Source: an uncultured bacterium
Lineage (GTDB): Bacteria; Zixibacteria; MSB-5A5; UBA10806
Assembly: GCA_965541585.1 (NCBI GenBank)
Contig: CBEUCH010000001.1
Span: 320,001 to 384,000 of the forward strand
Direction of reading: 5' to 3'
DNA length: 64,000 nucleotides
Both the position numbers and the translations under genes were made by a program. The notes beneath the pieces are model-generated. The model was not told the DNA's origin and did no database searches. It saw only the letters and a list, made by a program, of their open reading frames with translations. Positions within the stretch are counted from its first letter, which is position 1; the number at the start of each line of letters is the position of its first letter. This document shows, piece by piece, positions 10,730 to 21,138 of the stretch.

Positions 10730-11260
10730 ATGAGATCAAGATATAAAATCCATCGCCGGGACGGAATTCATTTTGTAACATCCTCTACTGTCAACTGGTT
10801 ACCGATATTCACCAGCGAAAAATACTTCAATATCCTAATTGAAGCCCTTTCTTATCGTCTAAAAAGAAAGAAACTAATGCTATTTTCCTATGTTTTGATG
10901 GAGGACCACTTCCACGCAATATTATGCTCGCAGAATCTCACAAAATTTATGAAGGAATTCAAAAGTTACACGGCACGGCGAATAATCGATCAGTTGAGGA
11001 TTGACAATAATAGAGAAATGTTAGTTCAGTTAAGCGATAATAAGAAACATTACAAGTCAAGCTCCAGATATCAAGTTTGGCAGGAGGGATTTCATCCTCA
11101 ATTGATTCAGGGGATGGATATGTTCCGCCTAAAGGCAGATTATATCCATATGAATCCTGTTCGACGCAGTTATGTTAAAAAACCGGAAGGCTGGGAGTAT
11201 TCCAGCGCTTCTAATTACATTTCAGGAACAGGATTGCTTGAGATCGATTCTATTATTTGA
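10730..11260 (+). mobile_element. REP-associated tyrosine transposase (RAYT, Y1 HUH family)
   Basis: HFVT, HUH motif MEDHFHAI, FKSYTAR, WQEGFHP, catalytic YIHMNPV, WEYSSA; flanked by inverted REP palindromes. Confidence 0.9.
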
Positions 11261-11267
11261 ATCCACT

Positions 11268-11300
11268 CTCTGGTTGCCAGGCGGCGCTTGGCAACCAGAG
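11268..11300 (-). repeat. REP family A copy 2 (downstream of RAYT, inverted)
   Basis: Minus strand reads CTCTGGTTGCCAAGC-GCC-GCCTGGCAACCAGAG. Confidence 0.85.
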
Positions 11301-11357
11301 AACAAGCACTTACCAGCACGCTCATCCGCCTCGAGCTTAAGAGACTATTCAGATTCT

Positions 11358-13031
11358 CTATAATTCAAATAGGGGCGGATGCTTCTTATGAAAATCCGTG
11401 GCATCCTGATACTTTTTGGCAACCGCTAAAAGCGTCGCTTCATCATACAACCTGCCGATAAACGTGATGCTCGTCGGCTCGCCATCCTCGTTGAAACCGT
11501 TGGGCAGGACAACGCAGGGATGACCGCTTAAGTTGGTTAAGAGCAGGTTGTCTCCCTCGAACGATGGCGAAATGTAAATATCGATCTCGGCCATCAATTC
11601 AGCCATCTGTTGAATCAGGAGAGTCCGCACCCGATTTGCCTGGATATACTCGACCGCCGGAATAAATCGCGAGGCCCGGAATGAATTCGGCCAGGCGTTT
11701 TTGATCTGCCGCACAAGGAGGTCGTCCCGATTGGAGCGGGTCAATTCATCGAACGCCGCCGCCGCTTCTGCCCCGAGGATAATCTGCATGGCATCAACCG
11801 GCAGGTCAGGAAGCTCTATCTCGATCAACTCGACGCCCAATTCGCGGAGTTTCTCAAGCGTAGCAGTGTTTTGCTCCTGATAGGTGGTATCCTTCTCGAA
11901 ATCCCTCTTTAGGTATCCAAAACGCAGCTTTCCGAGATCGATATCGGGCGTATAATTGAAAGCCGGATCGATAACCGATAGATCCAATTTGTCCGGGCCG
12001 CGGATGGCGTCGAAAACCAGGGCGCAGTCTTCCACGGTTCGGCAGATCGGCCCCAGTTTATCCATGGACCAGCTCAGGGCCATGGCCCCGGTGCGGCTGA
12101 CCCGGCCGTGCGTGGGACGAAGACCGGTTACGCCGCAGCGCGTGGACGGTGAAACGATGGAACCCCAGGTTTCCGATCCGATAGCGAACGGTACCAGACC
12201 AGCAGAGACCGCCGATGCCGACCCGGCCGATGAACCACTCGAACCCTGCCCGAGGTTCCATGGATTGCGGGTCGTATCAGCATACCAGACGTCACCCCAG
12301 GCGAGCGCACCCAGGGAAAGCTTGGCTACCAGCACGGTGCCAGCCTCCTGGAGCTTTTTGACGACCGTGGCGTCGAGATCGATCACCTGTTCTTTATATG
12401 GCATGGCACCCCAGGTGGTCTTATATCCCTTGACTGCCAGCAGGTCCTTGGCGCCATAGGGGATGCCATGCAACGGCCCTCGATATTTGCCGGCAGCAAT
12501 CTCGGAATCGGCACGCGCCGCCTGCTCGAGCGCTAGATCTTCGGTGAGAGTGATAACACAGTGCAATTGCGGATCGAACCTTTTCAGTCGATCCAGAGCC
12601 AGCCTCGTTAGCTGCGTCGATGTCACCTGACGCGTCCGGATTAGTTCCGCCAACTCACGGACGGAGTAGAATGCCAGTTCCTCGAGATCATCCGGGACTG
12701 TGATTTCCGTTACGGGACTCATCTCCAGGGGCCGCTGAGCTGTTTCAAATGTTATCCCGACCGGTATCGGGTTGAAAATCAATGACGGCGAGACGGAATT
12801 CTCCAGGCTCACCGCGCGCATGGCGTCATAAAATTCCAGGTTTGCAGAAAGCTCATCCAGCATCGAATCACGCTCTGCATCGGTGAACTCGAGGCCGAAT
12901 ATATCTTCCGCTCCGGCCACCATCTCCTTTGTGACTTTGACGCTGTCCTGTTCCGCCAGGACGGCTCCAGCTAGTAAATGCGCAGTCAGGCAGAAGAAAA
13001 TCACCCTTTTGACGAACTTTAATTGCAGCAT
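11358..13031 (-). CDS. Exported amidase-signature family amidase
   Basis: Signal peptide; GPLHGIPYGAKD, GSSGSSAGS, GSETWGSI (Ser-cisSer-Lys triad). Confidence 0.92.
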   Translation of the reverse strand: MLQLKFVKRVIFFCLTAHLLAGAVLAEQDSVKVTKEMVAGAEDIFGLEFTDAERDSMLDELSANLEFYDAMRAVSLENSVSPSLIFNPIPVGITFETAQRPLEMSPVTEITVPDDLEELAFYSVRELAELIRTRQVTSTQLTRLALDRLKRFDPQLHCVITLTEDLALEQAARADSEIAAGKYRGPLHGIPYGAKDLLAVKGYKTTWGAMPYKEQVIDLDATVVKKLQEAGTVLVAKLSLGALAWGDVWYADTTRNPWNLGQGSSGSSAGSASAVSAGLVPFAIGSETWGSIVSPSTRCGVTGLRPTHGRVSRTGAMALSWSMDKLGPICRTVEDCALVFDAIRGPDKLDLSVIDPAFNYTPDIDLGKLRFGYLKRDFEKDTTYQEQNTATLEKLRELGVELIEIELPDLPVDAMQIILGAEAAAAFDELTRSNRDDLLVRQIKNAWPNSFRASRFIPAVEYIQANRVRTLLIQQMAELMAEIDIYISPSFEGDNLLLTNLSGHPCVVLPNGFNEDGEPTSITFIGRLYDEATLLAVAKKYQDATDFHKKHPPLFEL

Positions 13032-13494
13032 CGCATTCTCCTCTTCTGTTTGAAATAAGTGTATCAGCCCTCCGTATACTCGGTTTTTATTATATGATCA
13101 TATCTCAAGATAGAGTAGTGAAATTAGCGTGCTGGAAAGGATCCGAATTATATCACGTCAAAACCTGTGACTCCGAAACCAGTTTCTTAAGGACAGTAGA
13201 GGCTGCGCATTATATTTCTAGAATTACTTATTTTCGGCCGTTTCGCTATTTCCATATACGCCAAATCAGGGAATTTTCCCGTATTGCGGCAGGCATGGAA
13301 TAAATGTTTTGTACAGCTGAATTAAGTCTATAAAGAGGTTGACAGGACCGGGAATGTTTGCATATTCTTTTATATAATAGGAAATAAGGCTGGCGCCGGG
13401 ACGAATGCGTTTCGGCGAAGATAAACATCTTATGTGAATATGATTTTAGAGAGGTTGTCGCCATAGCGAAAGTGCTGGCGGGAGAAGGAGTTTA

Positions 13495-14073
13495 ATGCTT
13501 ATGGATTCAATTTTGATAAGCTACGTTTTGCCCATATTGGGCATCGTGATCCTCTTGTTTTGTTTTGGTTCATTCGTTTTCTCTTATGGTGAAAGATTTA
13601 AGGGCAAAATCCAGAAGCTGAAAGCTTTCGGGTTAGACCTGGAGGTCTCGGTCATCACCTTATTCGTAATCATCGGAGTAATTTTTTCGCTGACAGGCGT
13701 ATATATTCAGATAAAGAATTACGAGGCGCAATTGGCGAATACTAAGGAGCAACTGGATTACGCAAACAAGAAGTTGGAGGAGGAACGAAGGCAGAACGTA
13801 ACGGCATATATTGCGCTGGAGAACGTCGACGTCGACAGTTTGCCGAAATTGGAGAACGTGGAATGCAAATACTACTTCATGAATGATAGCGATGAGCATG
13901 TGGCGGATGTAATGCTGACAAGATCAGGGGATCGATTCAGGATTAGCCTTAAGGACGTTCCTTCCGCAAAAATGATTGAATTGCTGGAGTTCAGGGATCG
14001 GATAACAAACAGGAAATGGGGAAAAGAGTTTTTTCAGCCTGCAGTTCCGACATACGTTTTGAAGGAGAATTGA
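13495..14073 (+). CDS. Hypothetical membrane protein (2 TM plus coiled coil)
   Basis: Strong RBS AAGGAG; two hydrophobic helices, then a heptad-like stretch; 4 bp before the pYEATS gene. Confidence 0.75.
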   Translation: MLMDSILISYVLPILGIVILLFCFGSFVFSYGERFKGKIQKLKAFGLDLEVSVITLFVIIGVIFSLTGVYIQIKNYEAQLANTKEQLDYANKKLEEERRQNVTAYIALENVDVDSLPKLENVECKYYFMNDSDEHVADVMLTRSGDRFRISLKDVPSAKMIELLEFRDRITNRKWGKEFFQPAVPTYVLKEN

Positions 14074-14077
14074 GTTT

Positions 14078-14803
14078 ATGGCTGCCAAGAAACTCTCAGG
14101 ACTACGTTCGTTATGGTTCGGCGCTTTATTGTCGATTATGCTCTCATCCGGTTCGTTTTCCACTGAATGGAATATAAGGCTTGAAAATTCATCGGAGCTT
14201 GTCGGCGGCGGGCGTTACGACTGGACGGTATATGTTGTTGCGGAAGAACCTGTTTTGAATGAGATAGACCATGTAGTATATATTCTTCACCCTTCATTTC
14301 CCGAGCCAAAACGCATAATAGAAACGCCTGAAAATAATTTTTCTCTCTCCGCTAACGGCTGGGGGGAATTCCTGATCACGGCGAGAGTAACCTTCAAGAA
14401 CGGTGAAGTAGTCCCGGTTGAGCACTGGCTGAGGCTTGAAGCCAACAGGATACCGGATGAAGAACCAGAACCGCCGCCCGCTCCTCCGGAGGAAGAGCGC
14501 GGGCTCGCGGTGGAGAATACCGCGAATATTCTCAAGGGAGAGCGGTGGGAGTGGACTATATATATCGTTGCCTCCGATGAGGTTCTGGAACAAATCGAAT
14601 GCGTCTATTACATTCTCGATCCATCATATCGGCAACCCAGGCGGGAAGTCTGCGATGATAGAGGTAATGACCCCGGCCAGGGTTTTTTCCTGACGGATAC
14701 TGCACGGGAACCATTTGAAGTCAGCGTGAGAATAAGATTCAAAGACGGCCAAACCAAGTCTCTGGTGCATTGGTTGAGAACTCCGCACCTGCCCGAAGAG
14801 TAA
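14078..14803 (+). CDS. Exported protein with two tandem prokaryotic YEATS (pYEATS) domains
   Basis: YDWTVYV...VVYILHPSFPEPKR...GWGEF (YEATS signature), repeated as WEWTIYI...VYYILDPSYRQPRR after a Pro/Glu linker; N-terminal signal-like segment. Confidence 0.82.
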   Translation: MAAKKLSGLRSLWFGALLSIMLSSGSFSTEWNIRLENSSELVGGGRYDWTVYVVAEEPVLNEIDHVVYILHPSFPEPKRIIETPENNFSLSANGWGEFLITARVTFKNGEVVPVEHWLRLEANRIPDEEPEPPPAPPEEERGLAVENTANILKGERWEWTIYIVASDEVLEQIECVYYILDPSYRQPRREVCDDRGNDPGQGFFLTDTAREPFEVSVRIRFKDGQTKSLVHWLRTPHLPEE

Positions 14804-14881
14804 GAGTTGGTAGCGGTGCAATCAGCGCAAGATGAAAAATATATACGTACCGGGTTAGGCGCGGTAGTCCGACTAAAAGCA

Positions 14882-15436
14882 TTATCCTTTTTTTCGCCCA
14901 TATTCCTCTTTCAGGATCCCGTAAGCATATACATCATACCAGCGCCTGTTTATGAAGCTGGCCTTTCGCCAGACGCCCTCCCGGACGAAACCTATCCTGT
15001 CCAACAATCTAACTGATCCAACGTTTTTTTGATGCACCACCGCATACACGCGAGCCAGTCGGAGCTTTCTGAACGCGAATTTCAGAACAAGTCGTAAAGC
15101 TTCGCCGGCGTATCCCCGATTCTGGAAAGCTTTCCCCACCCAGTAGCCGACCTCGGCGTTTCTATCCTGCCTGTTGATGTTGCGCAGACCGATCATACCC
15201 ACAATCTGGTTGCTTTCCACATCCTCTATGCCGAAATTGTAAGCCGTATCTTCACGGGCAAGACGAGGTGTCAGGGCGATCCACTTGCGCGCCTCCTGCA
15301 GGGTGTATGGAAAAGGCAGCCGGGGAAGGAAACGCGCTATATCACGGTTGTTGGCGTGACGTTGAATCGAATCTGCGTCTGAGCGCCTCAGCTTGCGCAG
15401 GGTGATCAGCTTACCCTGTAATGTAGGAATCGGCAT
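14882..15436 (-). CDS. GNAT N-acetyltransferase, RimJ/RimL family
   Basis: AEVGYWVGKAFQNRGYA, NVGSVRLLDRIGFVREG. Confidence 0.9.
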   Translation of the reverse strand: MPIPTLQGKLITLRKLRRSDADSIQRHANNRDIARFLPRLPFPYTLQEARKWIALTPRLAREDTAYNFGIEDVESNQIVGMIGLRNINRQDRNAEVGYWVGKAFQNRGYAGEALRLVLKFAFRKLRLARVYAVVHQKNVGSVRLLDRIGFVREGVWRKASFINRRWYDVYAYGILKEEYGRKKG

Positions 15437-15459
15437 GCGATATTATAGGCCATTCATAA

Positions 15460-15491
15460 TAATGGTCAAGACCACAAGGATCTTAACCCGC
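15460..15491 (-). repeat. Palindromic repeat family B copy 1 (degenerate)
   Basis: TAATGGTCAAGACCACAAGGATCTTAACCCGC, similar to the copies at 16706 and 17983. Confidence 0.6.
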
Positions 15492-15496
15492 AACTA

Positions 15497-15859
15497 CTAC
15501 TCGTTCTTGTCTTTCCCCGGGTAGCCGCCGAAACTGGTTCCGCGAAAATCTTCCCGCACCGGATGGAAGGCATCAACTACGCGGCAATCGGTCACGGCGC
15601 GTCCGGAGTGCACCACGTTGGGAGGAAGCACCATCACCTTGCCGGGCGTCAGGCTGTATGAGCGGCCATCGACCGTCAACTCCAATTCCCCATCGACGAC
15701 GTTAACAACCTGTTCATTGATATGTGAATGCTCCGGAAGCAGGGCTCCGGCGGACAGCCTCACATGAGCCACGGTCATGGATTGAGCCGTGACGGCGCGC
15801 ATCAGGATTCCTTCGGCGATTTCCAACTCGGGCAGTTCATTTAGGTTTACAAGTCCCAT
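15497..15859 (-). CDS. Cupin domain protein
   Basis: PEHSHINEQ...G and PPNVVH cupin metal motifs. Confidence 0.9.
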   Translation of the reverse strand: MGLVNLNELPELEIAEGILMRAVTAQSMTVAHVRLSAGALLPEHSHINEQVVNVVDGELELTVDGRSYSLTPGKVMVLPPNVVHSGRAVTDCRVVDAFHPVREDFRGTSFGGYPGKDKNE

Positions 15860-16057
15860 AATACCCTCTCCTGATTATCGAAATATCGTATTCACATTTT
15901 CTATACGAGGTTCAGCAGGTTAGGTTTCTTGTACTATTCCCTCATGGTGGCCATACGAATTGCCTCTTAAGAATTTGACTTAATTACGATGACTTATCTA
16001 TATTCCCCAAATGCGAGACGGATTATCATCCAGATTTCTTCGGAAGCTTTTAAGATC

Positions 16058-16681
16058 ATGACACAGATCATACTGGGAAGCATTTTGCTGAGCGTCGTAC
16101 ACGCGTCAATCCCGAACCACTGGTTGCCATTAGTTGCCATGGCAAATACCGAGAGATGGAGCAGGCTCGAAGCCTTAACGGCAACGGGAATCGCGGGGTT
16201 GGCTCATACGCTCAGCACGATTATCATAGGAATCGTCGTAGGTTTAATCGGGTATGAGCTTTCAGGCAGGTATTCAATGCTTATTTCAATCATAGCGCCA
16301 TCGCTTTTAGTTCTATTGGGGATCGTTTATCTGATTCTTGGCGCCGGACATACCCATCATAATCTTTCCTCACGATTTCAAAAACCCGCTACCAGGCGAA
16401 AATTCCCGATCATATTTACCCTTGCCCTGGCGATGTTTTTCTCGCCCTGTATCGAAATAGAGGCGTATTATTTCTCCGCCGGTGCATTGGGGTGGATGGG
16501 GATAGGAGCGGTATCTGCCATATATCTACTGGTAACCATCTCAGGAATGCTGCTGCTTGTGGATTTCGGCCTTAGAGGCGTAAAGAAATTTAAATCTCAT
16601 TTTCTTGAACGCCACGAGAAAAAGATAACCGGCATAGTCTTGATTGTCCTGGGGATTGCCTCTTATTTCGTAGAGTTATGA
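16058..16681 (+). CDS. Membrane protein, putative Ni/Co transporter-like
   Basis: About 6 TM, HASIPNHW motif, His-rich loop GHTHHN, SPCIE; start placed at ATG 16058 (the track extends to 15989). Confidence 0.7.
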   Translation: MTQIILGSILLSVVHASIPNHWLPLVAMANTERWSRLEALTATGIAGLAHTLSTIIIGIVVGLIGYELSGRYSMLISIIAPSLLVLLGIVYLILGAGHTHHNLSSRFQKPATRRKFPIIFTLALAMFFSPCIEIEAYYFSAGALGWMGIGAVSAIYLLVTISGMLLLVDFGLRGVKKFKSHFLERHEKKITGIVLIVLGIASYFVEL

Positions 16682-16705
16682 TTCTGCGTGGATTGAGTTT
16701 TCAGA

Positions 16706-16738
16706 GTAATAGTCAAGACCGCAGGGGTCTTGACCTGC
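16706..16738 (-). repeat. Palindromic repeat family B copy 2
   Basis: GTAATA-GTCAAGACC-GCAGG-GGTCTTGAC-CTGC; lies between convergent genes. Confidence 0.8.
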
Positions 16739-16742
16739 GATT

Positions 16743-17861
16743 TTACCTTTCCAAAATATATGGTAAGAAATTGCAGTAAAGAGAATAGGAGAATTCCTCG
16801 CTTTTTCTATTATAATGCTCATCGCTTTCCAGAACACGCGAATAATCGAACCTGAGCCATTCCGGGCCGAGACCGATTCCTACGGACGTATATCGTTGTT
16901 CTCCTATATCATCCTTAAACCGTCCGGCACGCAGATTAATTATATACAGAAACGTGGCCTCAGCTCCGAAAACCCATCTTATTTCGCGGAATTCCGTCTT
17001 AAATCTGTCGTGCGTGTTCACCAACAATTTCAAAGCATCGATCGTAAAACGTAAGCCCAGGTAATCGGCGTCGAGAATTTGATATCCCGCGGCCAGACGC
17101 AAATTCCTGGGAAGAGGGCCGTCCATCGATGGATTATCGAAATAGACATCCGGTCCAATATTAGATAGCGATAGACCAAGAGTTATACCTCTATCCCTTT
17201 CCGCCCGGAAGTACTTTCGGAGGGTTGGATAGTAAACCTCGTCAATTTGAAAGGTGGCCTGGGGGAAATGGCCCTTTGACAGGAAGCCGAAATCAAAGGC
17301 GAATGTCGCTGCCTCTGCATAGGAGGCACCCTCAATCATGGACGGGATTGTGATGTGGACATATTTCAAGCCTGCTCCTATGAAAGTCGATGAACTCGTA
17401 GCAATAGCGCCTGAAAAGCCTATGGAATAATCGCAGAGATTCACGGTCTCTATTAAATTGCCCATTTCGTCGAGGCTCGTGTATTCTCCATAACTCAAAC
17501 GGTTATAGTTAAACCCGTAATATCCCCATTTACCGAAATCGCGCGAGAGATATACGCTTTTTAGCGAATAATCGTCCGTTAAGGTGGGCCATATCCCAGT
17601 ATAATTGAATTCGCCTGATATTATACCGCTTCCTACGAGATTGGCCGGATTGTAATAGGCCGATACGGCGCCCGCCGAGTATACGCTTCCGCCGCCAGCC
17701 ATGCTTCGGCCTCTGGCGTCGGGAATTTCCAGCAGGAAATTGGCCTGGGTCCGAGTTATCTGGGCCGGACAAACCGCAGCATGAAAAGTTATACAGGTAA
17801 TTAGTATAATCGCGGCAAACAAGACTCTCCCGATAACCTGTTTGGTCCGCGTATTGTTCAT
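16743..17861 (-). CDS. PorV/PorQ family outer-membrane beta-barrel (type IX secretion associated)
   Basis: FLLEIPDARGRSMAG, AYYNPANL, LSNIGP, PLPRNLRL, PorV-like motifs. Confidence 0.8.
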   Translation of the reverse strand: MNNTRTKQVIGRVLFAAIILITCITFHAAVCPAQITRTQANFLLEIPDARGRSMAGGGSVYSAGAVSAYYNPANLVGSGIISGEFNYTGIWPTLTDDYSLKSVYLSRDFGKWGYYGFNYNRLSYGEYTSLDEMGNLIETVNLCDYSIGFSGAIATSSSTFIGAGLKYVHITIPSMIEGASYAEAATFAFDFGFLSKGHFPQATFQIDEVYYPTLRKYFRAERDRGITLGLSLSNIGPDVYFDNPSMDGPLPRNLRLAAGYQILDADYLGLRFTIDALKLLVNTHDRFKTEFREIRWVFGAEATFLYIINLRAGRFKDDIGEQRYTSVGIGLGPEWLRFDYSRVLESDEHYNRKSEEFSYSLYCNFLPYILER

Positions 17862-17982
17862 AATAGAACCCCTCTTATAAGTCTAATGCGACTTACTCCC
17901 GTAGAATTATACGTTATTTTGATAGTACGGTTCAAGGGGTATATTTTCTTATCCCTCAGGATGGGGCCTCGACGTCGTGAGG

Positions 17983-18015
17983 GTAATAGTCAAGACTAAA
18001 GGGGTCTTGACCTGC
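17983..18015 (-). repeat. Palindromic repeat family B copy 3
   Basis: GTAATA-GTCAAGAC-TAAAGGG-GTCTTGAC-CTGC, same orientation as copy 2. Confidence 0.8.
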
Positions 18016-18153
18016 CTTTTTTGGAAGTTCTATTTCCCGTCAGGTCAGGCTACGCCTACGACTTGACGGAACAGGAATAAAATGGTCTCCTGATACTGAT
18101 CCATTTAATAGATTTTATAAGATCTAAAGATCCCAAACATCCTGAAGAATCAT

Positions 18154-18224
18154 CTGGGGTACAGGGACTCGAACCCCGATCCTACGGTCCAGAGCCGCAT
18201 GTCCTACCGTTGGACGATACCCCA
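18154..18224 (-). tRNA. tRNA-Gln (anticodon CTG), CCA not encoded
   Basis: TGGGGTA acceptor stem, anticodon loop CT-CTG-GA, GTTCGAG T-loop; downstream of gltX. Confidence 0.95.
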
Positions 18225-18331
18225 TAAAAATGAATGTCTTTTGATAGGCTGCACAGCTAAAGGGGGGAAGATATCTGTAACATGCCTCCAAAAGACAATC
18301 ACCTAATATATACGTAATTTGCCTCAAAAAG

Positions 18332-19786
18332 TCAACTATTTTTGTTAATATTTTCATGGATAAATCGTATGGCTCTTTCCAGTCTATTCACACATTCATC
18401 GTTTCCCAGAAGCTCCATCATATCGAAAAGGGGCGGCCCGGTGGTCATCCCCGATAATGCCAGCCTGCTGGGGTGAATCAGAAGAGCCGGTTTGATTTCC
18501 AGCTTCTCCGCGAGTCCCCTCAGCTTCTCCTCGAGGATATTAGCGGAAAAATCATCGACCTGACGGAGAATATCGACCCAATTCTCCAATCGTGCGGCGA
18601 CATCCTGGTCCGCGAAATGCTTTTTGACACCTTTGGGTTCGTAGTCGAACCGATCTATGAAGAAGAATCGGCCCCGTTCGACGAAATCGGTCAGGAGATG
18701 GCATCGTTCCTTTAAGATAGATACGAATTTCATCATCCAGTCCCAGCGGGTGTTGATCCAGAGATGGGTGGTCAGGCCGGCCTCGATCATAAACGGCCTG
18801 ATAAGATCGACCAGCCTGCTGTCATCGCAGGCCCTGATATACTCGCCGTTCATCCATCGCAGTTTCTCAATATCGAAGATGGCATTAGGTGCGTTTATAC
18901 GGTCGAGGGAGAACGACTCGATCATCTCGTCGAGCGACATCACCTCGCGGTCATCGCCCGGCGACCAGCCTAATAGGGCGATGAAATTGACCACCGCTTC
19001 TTTCAAGTATCCCTGTTTTTCGTAATCGGTAACGGCGGCAGCGCCCTCCCGTTTGGACATTTTCGAGCGATCCTTGGCGAGAATAAGGGGAACATGTGCG
19101 AATTTCGGCGGCACGATTTCCAGAGCCCGGTAGATGAGGATCTGCTTGAAGGTGTTGGAAACGTGGTCATTGCCGCGGATCACATGGGAGATCCGCATCT
19201 CGTGATCGTCCACGACCACCGCCATATTGTAGACGGCTCGCCCGTCGGATCTGGCAATGATGAAATCATCGAGCTCTTTATGCTCCTTGGTGATTTCCCC
19301 CAGCGCCAGGTCGTGAAAAGCAGTGCTACCGTCCGGCAGAAGCAGCCTGACGGCGTACGGCTCTCCCGATTTTAAGAGCTTACTTTTTTCCTCCTCCGGG
19401 AGATTCAGACAATGCCGGTCATAGCGGGGAGTGAGTTTTTTTTGACGCGCCTCCTCCTGCTTTCGCTTCAGAATTTCCGGTTTGCACCAGCATCGGAAAG
19501 CATTACCCGAATCAAGCAACCGGTCAACATACGTCCGGTAAGTATCGAGCCTCTGCGACTGGTAAACCGGCTCCTCGTCCCAGTCCAGACCGAGCCATTT
19601 TAAAGAATCGAAAATAATATCGATCATTTCCTTCGAGGATCGTTCGATATCGGTATCCTCTATTCGCAGCAGGAACTTGCCGCCATGATGCCGTGCAAAC
19701 AGCCAGTTGAAGAGTGCCGACCGCGCCGTGCCGATATGAATAAACCCTGTCGGCGACGGGGCTATTCTGACTCTGATCTCACTCAT
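18332..19786 (-). CDS. gltX: Glutamyl-tRNA synthetase
   Basis: RIAPSPTGFIHIG, LRIEDTD, KMSKR. Confidence 0.97.
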   Translation of the reverse strand: MSEIRVRIAPSPTGFIHIGTARSALFNWLFARHHGGKFLLRIEDTDIERSSKEMIDIIFDSLKWLGLDWDEEPVYQSQRLDTYRTYVDRLLDSGNAFRCWCKPEILKRKQEEARQKKLTPRYDRHCLNLPEEEKSKLLKSGEPYAVRLLLPDGSTAFHDLALGEITKEHKELDDFIIARSDGRAVYNMAVVVDDHEMRISHVIRGNDHVSNTFKQILIYRALEIVPPKFAHVPLILAKDRSKMSKREGAAAVTDYEKQGYLKEAVVNFIALLGWSPGDDREVMSLDEMIESFSLDRINAPNAIFDIEKLRWMNGEYIRACDDSRLVDLIRPFMIEAGLTTHLWINTRWDWMMKFVSILKERCHLLTDFVERGRFFFIDRFDYEPKGVKKHFADQDVAARLENWVDILRQVDDFSANILEEKLRGLAEKLEIKPALLIHPSRLALSGMTTGPPLFDMMELLGNDECVNRLERAIRFIHENINKNS

Positions 19787-19883
19787 TGCTATCCTCTAAG
19801 GTATCTGATAATGCAAAACCGCCTCTCGCTCTCGAAATTACCTTCGATTCTGACCGTTGTCAATTCCATATGTTTGTACTGAT

Positions 19884-19912
19884 TTGACAAAATTGTCGAT
19901 GTTTGATATAAT
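19884..19912 (+). promoter_or_regulatory. Sigma70 promoter of the ferritin-like gene
   Basis: TTGACA-N17-TATAAT consensus; palindrome GACAAAATTGTC overlaps the -35 box. Confidence 0.8.
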
Positions 19913-19958
19913 TTTAAAGTAAACTCTTTAGTGAAATGATCCAGGAGGAGGTGATGAT

Positions 19959-20387
19959 ATGGCGATAACCATGGAAAAGATGCTGGAGCTACTCAATAAA
20001 GATCTCGAATGGGAATATGCGGCGGCGATTCAATATGTTCAGCACGCCGCTGTCATGACAGGCGCCCAGTATGAATCGATAATAAAGGAGCTTGCTATTC
20101 ATTCCAATGAGGAGATGGCGCATGCGCTGTCTCTTTCGGAGCAGATAGATTTCTACGGCGGCGTCCCGACCGTGAAAGTGGAAAAGATCAAAGTTGCCAA
20201 GGATACTTTATCGATGTTAAAAGACGATCTTGCCGGCGAGGAGGACGCCGTACGTCGCTATAAAGAGCGGATCTCCCAGGCCGAGGAAATGAAGGAATAC
20301 GGCCTCCGTCGGATTTTAGAGGATATACTCATAACCGAGGAAGAACATAAACGCGATCTATTAACAGTAGTTGACGAGAGCAGCTAA
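19959..20387 (+). CDS. Ferritin-like/bacterioferritin-type diiron protein
   Basis: E..AAIQY, EEMAHA, EEDA..Y, EEEH ferroxidase ligands. Confidence 0.88.
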   Translation: MAITMEKMLELLNKDLEWEYAAAIQYVQHAAVMTGAQYESIIKELAIHSNEEMAHALSLSEQIDFYGGVPTVKVEKIKVAKDTLSMLKDDLAGEEDAVRRYKERISQAEEMKEYGLRRILEDILITEEEHKRDLLTVVDESS

Positions 20388-20619
20388 GCCGCCAACGCCT
20401 AACGGCTTTCATGTCTTTAAGTTAGGCGGAACTACGAGGATCTGCTCTTTATTGAATATGACTTGGAGGAGGATTTGCATTTTCGGGCACAATTTCGGGG
20501 GAAATCTCGTATACTAAAATGTATTGACGAGATTCAATTACTTAAGGTCCGGAATGTCATACCTGTTCTGATTGTGACAGGCTGTTCCGGGGTGTTGCCC
20601 CCTCTCAAGGAGGATAAAC

Positions 20620-21138
20620 ATGCTAAAAGCGCTTGCTAACGAGTTGAGAAACCTGGCGGATACCGCCGGCGATCAGTTTGAAGAGGCTATCCGAATACGG
20701 CTGGATGGTAAGACGACCGAGGAACAGGTAAGCAAATTAAAAGAATTCATTTTTCTTTTACCGCCGATCTTAAAGCAGTTAAGCGGATACTGGAATGAAA
20801 AATCGACACCGACGAAGGCCAAAGAGATAAGCGGGCTGATCATCAGCTATATCCTGCAGCCGGACGATCTCCTTCCGGAGAAAAACCTGGGGCTATTCGG
20901 ATATCTCGACGATGCATATGTGGTGGTTTCCGCTTTTTTGAGAATTCAGGACCTTTACCTGCGGGATTGGCAGGACAAAACGGATGAGGAGCGGGAACTT
21001 GCCCGGAGAGCCCGGGATCTCATGGTAGCCCCCAGGATCGTGATACCTGATGAAGTCGCCAAGATCGACAAAATGCTCGATTCGTTCATGAGCGGTGAAA
21101 CCGGCAGCTTTCAGGAGTTTCTGCAGGGCTCCAAATAG
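20620..21138 (+). CDS. DUF1232 (YkvA-like) protein
   Basis: YILQPDDLLPE..GLFGYLDD motif. Confidence 0.8.
   Translation: MLKALANELRNLADTAGDQFEEAIRIRLDGKTTEEQVSKLKEFIFLLPPILKQLSGYWNEKSTPTKAKEISGLIISYILQPDDLLPEKNLGLFGYLDDAYVVVSAFLRIQDLYLRDWQDKTDEERELARRARDLMVAPRIVIPDEVAKIDKMLDSFMSGETGSFQEFLQGSK

Noticed and set aside
10730..11260. IS200/IS605 insertion sequence
   Set aside because: No tnpB; motifs and flanking multi-copy palindromes fit a RAYT better
11358..13031. gatA
   Set aside because: It has a signal peptide, no gatB/gatC nearby, and glnS is present; a generic amidase
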